Positions 31,704 through 40,876 of a stretch of 64,000 nucleotides of DNA are shown here, in pieces. The stretch comes from Synechococcus sp. (GTDB lineage: Bacteria; Cyanobacteriota; Cyanobacteriia; PCC-6307; Cyanobiaceae). Each line of letters starts with the position of its first letter. Within the stretch, counting starts at the first letter, position 1. The position numbers and the translations under genes are program-made. The notes under the pieces are model-generated. The model was not told where the DNA came from. It saw only the letters and a list, made by a program, of their open reading frames with translations, and made no database searches. The DNA is taken from the NCBI GenBank assembly GCA_047285805.1, contig JBJBCN010000002.1, positions 1,280,001 to 1,344,000 on the forward strand, in the 5' to 3' direction.

Positions 31704-31704
31704 T

Positions 31705-31974
31705 CTAGAGCTCGTATTCCTCTTCAAAACGCGCCATCAGGCCGTTGTAGAGGGCGAGGGTGCCTTCGGTTTCGTCGCAGAAGCCCTTGACGCGATACGT
31801 CCCAATCAGATGGGTCAAGGAGGCGTGCACCTGGGCAAACGCCTGGGCAAATTCATTCTGAATATCTTCGTCGCGGATGTCGCGGATCTTGGCTGTCATC
31901 AGCTCAACCTTTCGCTGAGCGACGACCATCTCCGCCTCCATCTCCTTGTTGAGTTTCCGGCGCTTGGCAGCCAT
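31705..31974 (-). CDS. hypothetical helical protein
   Basis: MAAKRRKLNKEME...FEEEYEL with host-like codon usage. Confidence 0.65.
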   Translation of the reverse strand: MAAKRRKLNKEMEAEMVVAQRKVELMTAKIRDIRDEDIQNEFAQAFAQVHASLTHLIGTYRVKGFCDETEGTLALYNGLMARFEEEYEL

Positions 31975-32037
31975 CAATCCCGCTCTTATTGAGCCCCACA
32001 TCTACACCAGTGGGGCCTGCTGGCTGGGAGCGCGGCG

Positions 32038-32277
32038 CTAGTGGTAGGGGATGCAGTCAAATCCGCGAGATGTCTTGCCATCACTAGGTGAGGCAGCGAC
32101 CCAATGTTGCCCGGCCACGATGCAAGCCTTAAGGGTCGGCATGGGGACCTTGGTCACCGCGACGTCCTTGGGGCCGACCCTTAGGGGATCAAAGTTCGAG
32201 CGCACCAGCCAGGCCTCGTAGGCCACCGCGGCCGGCATCGAGACCCAGACGAACGCGACCAGCAACAGACGCCTCAC
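32038..32277 (-). CDS. small secreted hypothetical protein
   Basis: Signal peptide and two cysteines (TLKAC, FDCIP). Confidence 0.55.
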   Translation of the reverse strand: MRRLLLVAFVWVSMPAAVAYEAWLVRSNFDPLRVGPKDVAVTKVPMPTLKACIVAGQHWVAASPSDGKTSRGFDCIPYH

Positions 32278-32334
32278 AGCTCGACAGGTGCTCCGCGCAC
32301 CCTGCCATGGGTGCCCGAGACGCGCCCGACGTCG

Positions 32335-33309
32335 TTACAAACGAGCGGCGCTCATCCAGTCCGCCCGGGGATCCACACTGCGTGCCGCCCGGAGTTGCTC
32401 GAGCAGCTGACGTTCCTGGTCGCTGTAGCGGGCGGGATGCTTGAGGCTGAGGCTGAGCAGCAGGTCCCCGCGACCGCCCTTGGCCGGCCATCCCTTGCCC
32501 TTAAGGCGCAGGCTTCGGCCCACGGCCATCGCCGGGGGTACCGAGACGGTGGCTTCTCCATCGGGCGTCGCCACGCGGACTTCGCCGCCCAGGGCCAACT
32601 CGTCGAGGCTGAGGGGAAGATCCGCCTTGAGCAGATCCCCATCGAGGATCCAGACCGGGTGGTCCTGGACCTGCAGCGTCAGGTAGAGATCGCCGCGACG
32701 ACCGGTTCCGGGCTGCAGATTCCCTTTGCCCTTTAGGCGCAGGCGACTGCCCGGCTTCACGCCTGCGGGGATGCGGACCTGAACGCGTTCGTCATTCACC
32801 GCCAGGGTCCGCTCGCAGCCGCGGAAAGCCTCCGAGAACGACAGGGAGATGCTGGCATCGGCATCTAGATTGACCGGCGAGGCCTGACGGCCGGGGCCGC
32901 CCGCGAAGCCGCCACCGGGGAAACCCGATCCAAAGCCACCGAAACCACCCGGGGCTCCAGCAAATCCGCCGCCGGGGCCGCCAAAGCGACCGAGAAGGTC
33001 ATTGATGAAGTCGTCGAAATTGCCGTAACGGCCGAAGTCGACATCCACGCCACCGGGGCCAGGCCCCGCACCCGCCTGACTCCAGTACTGGCCAAACTGC
33101 TCATAACGCCGGCGCTTATCAGGATCCGAGAGAACCTCGTAGGCCTCACTGACTTCCTTGAACTTGGCCTCGGCGCCCTTGTCCCCGGGATTCACATCAG
33201 GGTGGTACTGGCGGGCGAGCTTGCGGAAGGCCTTCTTGATCGTGTCCGCATCGGCCCCACGCTCAACGCCCAGAACTTTGAAATAGTCGCGGTAACCGTT
33301 GGCGCTCAT
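32335..33309 (-). CDS. DnaJ class II/CbpA-like co-chaperone
   Basis: J domain with HPD, G/F-rich region, no zinc finger, DnaJ C-terminal domain. Confidence 0.95.
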   Translation of the reverse strand: MSANGYRDYFKVLGVERGADADTIKKAFRKLARQYHPDVNPGDKGAEAKFKEVSEAYEVLSDPDKRRRYEQFGQYWSQAGAGPGPGGVDVDFGRYGNFDDFINDLLGRFGGPGGGFAGAPGGFGGFGSGFPGGGFAGGPGRQASPVNLDADASISLSFSEAFRGCERTLAVNDERVQVRIPAGVKPGSRLRLKGKGNLQPGTGRRGDLYLTLQVQDHPVWILDGDLLKADLPLSLDELALGGEVRVATPDGEATVSVPPAMAVGRSLRLKGKGWPAKGGRGDLLLSLSLKHPARYSDQERQLLEQLRAARSVDPRADWMSAARL

Positions 33310-33457
33310 CGCAGCAGCGGGGAAGGACCGATCAACGGCCCCTCAAGTGTCCCAGCCCTGGGGTGGATTGAGCGAGGGGGCAAACAGGCGGAAGGCCGAA
33401 CGCGTAACCAGCCCCGCCATCGCCTTTAGGGTGCGGCCAACACCTTCCAAAGCAGCT

Positions 33458-33889
33458 ATGGCAGGCTTTCGCAGCGTTCAACTCCTGGGACGCTTGGGCC
33501 TGGGCCTGCTGATGTCCGCGCCAGCGCTGCTGCCGGCCGCCCAGGCCGCCGAAGAACACCCGGCCGCCGCCAGCTCGTCGACGACGCGGCAGAAACAATT
33601 GGCCGAGCACCTCAAGACCCAGGGATTTGTGGTCTACGGGGCTTGGTGGTGCCCCCACTGCAACACGCAAAAGGAACTCTTTGGCGCCGAAGCCATTGCG
33701 TTACTGCCCTACGTCGAATGCGCCCAAGAACAGGAGGGCCGCCAACGCTGCATGGCCGCCAAGGTGCGGGCTTACCCGACCTGGGACTACCAGGGCGAGC
33801 GCCGCGAAGGCTTGATCAGCCTGGAGGAACTCGAGGTGTGGAGCCGCTTCCCCGCCGCTCAATCCGAGGCGGTCACACCGAAGCAGTGA
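33458..33889 (+). CDS. exported thioredoxin-like protein (VKOR-associated type)
   Basis: Signal peptide, YGAWWCPHC, YVEC, AYPTW. Confidence 0.85.
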   Translation: MAGFRSVQLLGRLGLGLLMSAPALLPAAQAAEEHPAAASSSTTRQKQLAEHLKTQGFVVYGAWWCPHCNTQKELFGAEAIALLPYVECAQEQEGRQRCMAAKVRAYPTWDYQGERREGLISLEELEVWSRFPAAQSEAVTPKQ

Positions 33890-34113
33890 ATCAGGGCGTC
33901 GCCCAAGGTGTTGACCCTCTGAAGCTGAGCCTCGTCGGCCTGGACTAGGGCATCCCCATGGACCCAGAGCAACGCGGGCTTGCTCTGGGTGAAGCCATGC
34001 TGCTCGGCAATCGTGAGGATGTGGTCCACACCAGCGTCGGCGTGGATGTGGTCGCGAATGGCCTGATTGATCCCGACCTTAAAAAGGAAGGTGAGAAGAG
34101 CCGCGGCGGTCAC
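33859..34113 (-). CDS. Nif11-like leader peptide family protein
   Basis: LLTFLFKV..NQAIRDHIHA..GVDHILTIAEQHGF pattern; GTG start inferred. Confidence 0.6.
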   Translation of the reverse strand: MTAAALLTFLFKVGINQAIRDHIHADAGVDHILTIAEQHGFTQSKPALLWVHGDALVQADEAQLQRVNTLGDALIHCFGVTASD

Positions 34114-34176
34114 GCAGCGCATCGCGAGAGTCCTCTCCATGCTGAAGAGGACGTCCTGTTTTGGCTGCGACCGCCC

Positions 34177-34386
34177 ATGAAAATGCATGTCGCCAATACG
34201 GTCGCGGTGTCGCTCCTGTCGACGGCCGTCTTGGTGCTGGCGCTGAAGGACAAGTCATGCCCGAGCACCACGCCAGCCGCTGGCACACAAACCGCACCAA
34301 CCGCCCAAGCTGCTGGTGCGGCGAATCCCGCTCCACCGGCTCCAGCGAGCTCCCAGCGTCAACGCCGGGAGCTCGGCAAGTTTTAA
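34177..34386 (+). CDS. small membrane-anchored hypothetical protein
   Basis: N-terminal hydrophobic helix then A/P/T-rich tail. Confidence 0.5.
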   Translation: MKMHVANTVAVSLLSTAVLVLALKDKSCPSTTPAAGTQTAPTAQAAGAANPAPPAPASSQRQRRELGKF

Positions 34387-34649
34387 GAGGCCAAATCAGT
34401 GAAGTCCTTCAAGTTGAACTGACCGTCGCCGCCAAAGAAGTGATCAAACTCAGGGCTGCGCGCCACAACTGACTCGTTCGAGACGCCCAACAACAGTGCA
34501 TCTGGATCCTGGTGATGCAGCGCAAATGCACTGTCCATGAACAGTGCATAGGGACGATTGGCTGTCGCCACAAGGATGGCGCGCCCCTCAGCCAAGGCTT
34601 TGAGACGTTGGCTGAGGAGACAGAAGGCCCGGTCGAGGCGAATCATCAT
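34383..34649 (-). CDS. hypothetical protein, possibly an N-terminal fragment of an atypical response regulator
   Basis: 88-aa ORF with ILVATANR and LLLGVSNE segments; family assignment tentative. Confidence 0.35.
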   Translation of the reverse strand: MMIRLDRAFCLLSQRLKALAEGRAILVATANRPYALFMDSAFALHHQDPDALLLGVSNESVVARSPEFDHFFGGDGQFNLKDFTDLAS

Positions 34650-34744
34650 GAGGTCCAGACCTCCTCCCCCAATGCTGGCCACAGATCACCTGTCTGGCCG
34701 CAGGGTTCACGCCCTGCCTGGAGATGCGAGGAGAAAGCAACCAA

Positions 34745-35100
34745 CAAAAAAGCCGGCATCCAAGGGCACCAGCTTCGGAGAAAGTGTTGGGGTCGGAGCT
34801 TCTGAAGGAGGCACACCTGGGGCCAAGGATCCAGGCGTCGAGGGTGATTCTCCCGGGGCACCTCACGCGGCGCAGGTGGAGTGCCGACAGCTCAGACGTC
34901 GATTTGTGTCCGATCTGCCGGCCCGTTCACAATCGGTAGAAGACTGTTGGAGCATTGGCCTTCGGTCAGCTCGCTCCTGGTGACTGGTTCGGTGGAGTGT
35001 CGGTCAAATCCGCCTCCAAGATCTATGGTCCCAATATCGGAGGAATCGAGGCCATGGGCAAGCGGGATGAATACCCATTGCATCCGGGCCAACTCCGATT
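34745..35100 (-). ncRNA. candidate ~350-nt structured ncRNA, copy 1
   Basis: Colinear homology to 54061-54360, conserved stems, ends in hairpin plus T6 at 34745-34775. Confidence 0.6.
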
Positions 35101-35118
35101 GAGAGTGATCAATTGCCG

Positions 35119-35559
35119 TCAGCGCAGATCCTGGTCTCCGACCGAAGCCTGATCGGTGCGAGCCAAGACCGCCTCGCCATCGGTGTAGTGCTTGAACTCC
35201 AGCCAGTTCGCGCTGGGGTCTTGTACAAAAAAGGTGTGATGCTCCAGCGGTCCGCCGGCGTAGCGGCACTTCGGTGTAACCGCGAAGGGACATCCCTGCG
35301 CGACGAGTTGATCGCGGAGCTGCTCCCAACGGTGCAAGGGCGCAAAGACCAATCCGAAATGACGGGGATAGATCCCACCCTGCGGCAGCTCCTGGAGCCC
35401 CGGCGTGGATTGCAGGACCAGCTGATGTCCCTCGAAGTCGAGAATCGCAGCCTGATGACTACGGCGTCCCGGACGGCAGCCCAGGGTGACGACGTACCAG
35501 TCGTGGCTGCGTTGCAAATCGATCGCCGGGATCGAAAGATGAAAGCAAGGGCGCTCCAC
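35119..35559 (-). CDS. VOC/glyoxalase family protein
   Basis: FHLSIPA.DL, YPRHFGLVF, EHHTFFVQDPSANWLEFKHY; GTG start at 35559. Confidence 0.88.
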   Translation of the reverse strand: MERPCFHLSIPAIDLQRSHDWYVVTLGCRPGRRSHQAAILDFEGHQLVLQSTPGLQELPQGGIYPRHFGLVFAPLHRWEQLRDQLVAQGCPFAVTPKCRYAGGPLEHHTFFVQDPSANWLEFKHYTDGEAVLARTDQASVGDQDLR

Positions 35560-35939
35560 CGTGCGCGGCCTAGGCCAGCCCCGGCTTGCAGAGGCGACCG
35601 TTGCAGCCCTGCCAGAACTGGACATAGGGGCTCAGGAGCGCGCCATGCAAGCTGCAAAATCCATGGCAGCTCGGATCCCCTTTGACATAGGGGCAACCCG
35701 AACATTGAAGCTGCAGTTGAGAGCGCATGGAGGCGAGATGAAGATCTCCCCTGGTGCCATGGGCAGGGACTGCGTGGGGAGAGTGGAACACGAGCTTGCT
35801 CCCTTCAGGTGCGTATTCCCGGTCTAGGAACGCCCTTGGGTTTCGGCTAATGAAAAGGAGGGAATCCAAACGGGAGCCTCCAGCCGGGGTGGCCGCAGCA
35901 CGGATCTCTGGCTACGACGGAACCAGTCGAAGTGATGCA

Positions 35940-36056
35940 GTGGAAGACGGACTCTTAGGCCTCGCCGGGCTTGTGATCCTCTTGGCCCTAGCCGGTTTTG
36001 GACTGCAGGAACTGGCCGTTGAACTGCGCAATGCCCAGGACCACCCCTCCACGTAA
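35940..36056 (+). CDS. single-TM micropeptide (38 aa)
   Basis: MEDGLLGLAGLVILLALAGFGLQELAVELRNAQDHPST. Confidence 0.35.
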   Translation: MEDGLLGLAGLVILLALAGFGLQELAVELRNAQDHPST

Positions 36057-36116
36057 TAGCGCCGCGGCCGACTGGGGGAGCTAGGCGCTAGAGGTGGGAT
36101 GGCTGCTGCCCGATCC

Positions 36117-36302
36117 ATGGCCCTTCAACGACTGCGCTCAATCAAAAAGCACTTGATTCAATCAATGGACCGCCTCACCCAGGGGGGCTCCAAACGAGCC
36201 AAAACCAAACGGATCATCAGCCAGAAAAGCCAAGAGGCCTACGAGGTCGTCTGCGGCGTAGCCGGGTGTGTCCTCAAAAAACGAGCCAAGCTCAAGGCTT
36301 AA
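36117..36302 (+). CDS. CsbD-like small protein, possibly degenerate
   Basis: 61-aa basic helical ORF; CsbD resemblance is loose. Confidence 0.35.
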   Translation: MALQRLRSIKKHLIQSMDRLTQGGSKRAKTKRIISQKSQEAYEVVCGVAGCVLKKRAKLKA

Positions 36303-36935
36303 GGCATCAGACAGGTCGACCTGCAGATGACCAGAACCACCGGGCTTAGTTCGCTGAGACCAGCAATGGAACTCCCCACCGCGGCTTAAAGCCGCATTTT
36401 TTTTGCCGATGAACAGAGGAGCTGTTCGAGTGACACAAACCGCCTTACGGCCCTGGCCGCAACGATGAGCGATACGACTTTGGATCGAGGGTCTCGAGAG
36501 AGCTGGCTGGACAGTTCTCACCCGTGGCATTTGCACTGGCACATCCATCAGGGATGTATGTATCGCTTGAGACGCCAGCTCAACTGCAACCGGAGCCATC
36601 ACTGATCTATGCGCAGGCTTCGTGAGTGGAAACAACCTTCATAGCCCGTCCAAGCGACGAGGACTTAGCCCTCTTGTGGCCGACCACCCCTTATACCTGT
36701 TGGATCGGCGGCGACATTTCATTGCCGTGCAGGTGTGAGCTGTGCACTGCTCACCGACGTTTGCGCTGGGAAGAGGAAGAGGGGTGAAGCCCCACAGCCC
36801 CTCCGGCTTCAGAGAGAAACGGCAGAAGGGTGTTGTTGGCGATTGGAGGGACCCAGCCACCGCCAAACGGCTCGAAGTGTTCACCGCTCGTCGTCTGGAG
36901 TTATGGCAACGCATGCGAAATAAGGGAACCGCCCT

Positions 36936-37040
36936 CCGACTCACTGCTCAGTAGTGGGGAGTGTTGAGGTGGGGGAGATTGGCACTCCCCCTTCTCGGAC
37001 AACGACCCATGTACCAGTCGCCTACTGAACGGTTGTGACC
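36936..37040. repeat. three-hairpin repeat family, copy A
   Basis: Core GGGGAGTGTTGAG plus GGGGGAG..CTCCCCC hairpin; matches 42322-42426 and 38328-38425. Confidence 0.75.
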
Positions 37041-37238
37041 TTGGCCCTGGAGAGCTCGCAAGGATTGGTCGCGCAGCCTCTAGGACAAGCGGGGCGGTAA
37101 GAACCAGCTCAGGCTCGTGGACTGCGCACCGTGGAAGTTATGGCAGGCCTAAAACCCTAGGAGCATCAGTAGTTGTACTCAGGATTCCTCTATCTCTCCG
37201 AGAAGTGCGACCGCATGAGAAAACGCAATTCCAGCGGC

Positions 37239-37454
37239 TCACCACTCTCCTACCGGCCGCCGGATCGGCTTGGGCACTACGCAGTCACTCTTAGTGGTGC
37301 TGGGTTGTTCGCTCCGCCTGAGCACCTCTTCTGCGTTCCACAGTCCTTGAACTGATTGGCAGTGACCCTGCGGGTCACAGACCCTGAAGAAGTTGCCTCC
37401 CAAAGAATCGAGCGTTGAACCCTTGGCCGTGTCCTTGATGCGTGTGCAAGGCAT
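37239..37454 (-). CDS. small hypothetical protein
   Basis: GSTLDSLGGNFFRVCDPQGHCQSV; start uncertain. Confidence 0.45.
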   Translation of the reverse strand: MPCTRIKDTAKGSTLDSLGGNFFRVCDPQGHCQSVQGLWNAEEVLRRSEQPSTTKSDCVVPKPIRRPVGEW

Positions 37455-38327
37455 CAGTGCTTAGCCGCTACACCTGCATAAACAGAGGCGCAGGAGCTGT
37501 ACAAGGGCATTCAGCACTGTCGTGCTCCACTTTCACTGAAACCTGGTGCAGCGGCAGTGATGTGGACAAACCCAACAAGAATCAAACGATTTCAGCGGGC
37601 GCCCCAATGAGAGCCGGCAGCGCGCGTTGTGCCGAAAGGGCTACAAAAACCTGAGCTTATCAGCCGGCGAAAAGTTTCCTATCCCATTTCGTAAATCGCA
37701 CTTAGTACGCAGACGTAGCGAGACAATATTCAACTCGTCAGAAAGGAATACCCCGATCTACGTAGGCATCAAACTCGTTCATCTTCTTGAGAGCGAAGGG
37801 CTTAAGCTGAACTGACTTAGTCCTCATCTGCTTCATCATTAGAGCCTCATTGCTGTTGCAGGTTGGATTATTCGGCTGGCTCCAAGCTGTTGCCAGTTCA
37901 GCGCAATACCTCTTAACACTTCCGAGCCAGGATAGGATCCTATTGATCCTTGCTGGCAATTAAAAAGAGGATTTCAAGGGGTGATTTCTTCTCCAATTAA
38001 GTCGCCAAGAAAAAACATAAGTGGTCGACCCAAGGGGCGTGGGGCCTCCTCAGATGACGCCCCACAGGTTTATGCGGCGACTCCGGTCGGCACAAGCATG
38101 AGAACCGCCAGAGAAAGTACGGTTGTGGGAACTAACCCCAACAAGCCGACCATTAAAAAGGGCGGGGGTTAACCCACCCTTGGCACCTGACCCAAAGCAA
38201 GCGAGGCAGAGTCTGTTGGCGTCTAAACCCTTGTTAGGATTCCAATCAAGTAGGCAGCATCGGCAAAAGCGCTCAACCTCGGAGAACATAAGAAAGGAGA
38301 CGAGCCAACACCATCACTCTCTCCTGG

Positions 38328-38425
38328 CCATTGCTCATCAGCGGGGAGTGTTGAGTTAGGGGAGCTTGCACTCCTCCGCTGGGATCACGGTGAATAGCTC
38401 GACCGTCTCATTAGCGATTGTGGCC
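38328..38425. repeat. three-hairpin repeat family, copy B
   Basis: GCGGGGAGTGTTGAG core, GGGGAG..CTCCTC hairpin, ACGGT..ACCGT hairpin. Confidence 0.7.
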
Positions 38426-38450
38426 TAGATGCTTGAAGGGAGCTAGGACC

Positions 38451-38510
38451 TCAGTAATGAGCCAGTACCCAGCCCAGGGTCAACACACCGACCAGCAGTA
38501 TCCAAAACAT
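38451..38510 (-). CDS. 19-aa hydrophobic micropeptide MFWILLVGVLTLGWVLAHY
   Basis: ATG..TGA ORF; shares LGWVLA with the adjacent ORF. Confidence 0.5.
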   Translation of the reverse strand: MFWILLVGVLTLGWVLAHY

Positions 38511-38520
38511 TTGATTGGGC

Positions 38521-38586
38521 TCAGGCCTCCGCTAGCACCCATCCCAGTGCGATTATGCCAAACACGAGTAGCGGCAGAACTCCCAT
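38521..38586 (-). CDS. 21-aa hydrophobic micropeptide MGVLPLLVFGIIALGWVLAEA
   Basis: ATG..TGA ORF ending 10 nt upstream of its paralog. Confidence 0.5.
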   Translation of the reverse strand: MGVLPLLVFGIIALGWVLAEA

Positions 38587-38960
38587 GACTTCGATCCGTC
38601 GTGAAGGTCGCTAACCCTCTCAGATTCGAGCCTAAAAGACATCAGCAATTGTGCTCAAGCATTCTGTCTCTCACTGGGCAATAAGCGCACACAGAGAAGG
38701 GCGGCGTCCCCACCGCCCCCTCGACACCTACCCGTCAGAACGAAGGCAGGCCTTGTAGGTGGCGGAGCCTTGACAGGTGGGGCATCAGGAACTGACATCA
38801 GTAGAAACACCTGTTCAAAGCTTGCGATCCATCAAACGGCGTCCGGCAAGCCCGTCATCGCAGTTTTCTGCTGATCCACCTCTGATCGTCACACCCGACA
38901 GAAGGAGATGGGTCGATCCCCCGAAGCTGGCTAGAAAAGGATCAGACCTACCGAAAAACA

Positions 38961-39215
38961 ATGAACAACGCACGTGATCTCATCAACGCCCACCTCTACC
39001 CTGTGCTGGCAACGGCTGGTACCATTTTTCTTGCGGTTGGAATGGCAAACGTTATCCAGATCAATCAAAGAATGCACGCTGTTGAAGAAGAGGCCAAGTA
39101 CTTCAACCATTGCATCAAGGCTCATATCGAGGAGAACTCCAAATACCTGATTGATGAGATCGTCGTCCACTGCAATGGCAGCTACAGAGAGCCAAAGACA
39201 TCTTTGGCTCAATAG
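38961..39215 (+). CDS. small single-TM hypothetical protein
   Basis: INAHLYPVLATAGTIFLAVG helix, FNHCI and VHCNG cysteine pair. Confidence 0.65.
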   Translation: MNNARDLINAHLYPVLATAGTIFLAVGMANVIQINQRMHAVEEEAKYFNHCIKAHIEENSKYLIDEIVVHCNGSYREPKTSLAQ

Positions 39216-39721
39216 AAAACGTCAACGAGGAAATGCGGTAACAGTTGAGCATGAGGAACCAGGGTTTTACAGGCTTTGTTCTTGCCTACAAACGGCCCCA
39301 CTGGCTTCACAAGCGCTGCATTTGAGGGGTGTTGATGGGCGACTGGGGGAAGCCAGCCACCGCCACAAGGATCGAGGAGTACGCGTCTCCTCCTACCCGC
39401 CACCTGAAATCGCGTTGACATTCTGAACGCCAGAAGCACTGTCGTCGAAGCCTTCTTTAAGCAACTTGCTCATTCCTTTGTGTTTGCCGAGTCGCGCCGG
39501 CCATATCTCGGTGAAGCCGCTAGCCCCCCGAAAAGATTACAACTCTTACAGAAAATTCTCTGGTCGAAATAAAAACCCACTTTTCTCGCCATTAATTCAA
39601 AAGTTCCGTAACTATTCTGGAATATTGATGGCGAACTTCTCTCCATCAATGGCCACAAGTGAAATTTGTGACTAATTTTTATCCAATCGTTTCTTGTGGA
39701 ACCTTGATCTCAACTACCTCT

Positions 39722-40600
39722 GTGATCACTACCTTTGGCGGCGAGCGAGCAACTGAACCAGTGGTTTCGTATGGAAATACAAAGAAGAGCGTTCCATCTG
39801 TTGATCAAGGAGAGTTTCGTCAAGCCTTATGCAACGACCTTAACCTTCCCGTCGGGCCAAGGTTTCATGAGGACTGTGGCAAAAAGGTTCAAAGGCCTGG
39901 TTTCAATGTATCAGATAGTTCTGGGGGTGAAAAAGCCATCAAAGCTGCATACAAGCATGTATACGGAAATGCTCATGTGATGGAATCTGAAAGGGATATG
40001 TTATCAGAGTCACAGCTTATGCAAGGCAACATATGCGTAAGAGAATTTGTAAGAAATATCGCAAAAAGTGACTTCTACATTCGGAATTTCTATTCAAAGT
40101 GTGCGCCCATACGCTCGATCGAGCTCAACATGAAGCACATCCTTGGACGCTCCCCAAGGTCAGCAGAAGAAATCTCGTTCTACATTCAGATCCAGGCCAA
40201 TCATGGGCATAATGCGGTTGTCGACCATATGATTGATTCAGCTGAGTATCTAGAGACTTTCGGAATGGATACTGTGCCATATATGCATTCTTGGAAGTCT
40301 TCTGCGGCAGGTTTTCAGTCCTCCTTTAATAGGACAGCCGCTTTGTCACCTGGTTTTTCCTGCTCAGATAAGGCCATTGGAAATAAAAGCCTATTTTCCA
40401 TGAACTATGGTAAAGATGCTAACTACAAGATTACTCCGCCTGCAGCTGCGGCAATCAAGTTGACAATGGCCTCAAGGACCTGGCCTGGAGGCCAGCCTCC
40501 AGCCATGGCCAAAAAAGCGGGTGCTGTTCTTGTGGTGGCTGGCTCGATCGAAGTTATTCGGATCATATTAGTTCTGATTATTTCTGCTCTCACGTCATAA
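39722..40600 (+). CDS. phycobilisome linker-domain protein with C-terminal hydrophobic tail
   Basis: Linker domain AIKAAYKHVYGNAHVMESER..VREFVR..ELNMKHILGRSP..IDSAEYLETFG.DTVPY; tail AGAVLVVAGSIEVIRIILVLISAL; start 39722 or 39659. Confidence 0.88.
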   Translation: MITTFGGERATEPVVSYGNTKKSVPSVDQGEFRQALCNDLNLPVGPRFHEDCGKKVQRPGFNVSDSSGGEKAIKAAYKHVYGNAHVMESERDMLSESQLMQGNICVREFVRNIAKSDFYIRNFYSKCAPIRSIELNMKHILGRSPRSAEEISFYIQIQANHGHNAVVDHMIDSAEYLETFGMDTVPYMHSWKSSAAGFQSSFNRTAALSPGFSCSDKAIGNKSLFSMNYGKDANYKITPPAAAAIKLTMASRTWPGGQPPAMAKKAGAVLVVAGSIEVIRIILVLIISALTS

Positions 40601-40698
40601 TCTCGCAAGAATCAATAAAGGGGCTGCCTTCATTCTTTTGTCGCAACCAGGTCTGTGTTTGCCCAAAGGCTTTGTAGACTATTTAGTAAGCAGCTAAA

Positions 40699-40756
40699 AG
40701 TGTTGAGACTTGGGGGGGGGGCAGGACCTCCCCCTCACGTATCTCAGCAAGAGACG
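40699..40756. repeat. three-hairpin repeat family, partial copy D
   Basis: AGTGTTGAG, G-run..CTCCCCC hairpin, CGTATCTC..GAGACG hairpin. Confidence 0.5.
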
Positions 40757-40814
40757 ACCGTTTCCTTAATCGTTATTGCTTAATTAATTAAGCCGCTTCA
40801 TGGGTGCTAGTGCC

Positions 40815-40876
40815 TTAGTAATACGCCAGTAGCTACCCAGGGTCAGTAGAACAACCAAGGTCCATAGGGATTTCAC
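40815..40876 (-). pseudogene. frameshifted third micropeptide copy
   Basis: Reads KSLWTLVVLLTLG then, after a 1-nt shift, LLAYY*; DNA similar to 38451-38485. Confidence 0.4.

Noticed and set aside
34892..35083. Coding explanation (G[TS]IDLGG) for the duplicated long element
   Set aside because: The shared peptide lasts about 9 codons before a 1-nt indel breaks frame between copies, while base-paired stems persist; not fully excluded without RNAcode
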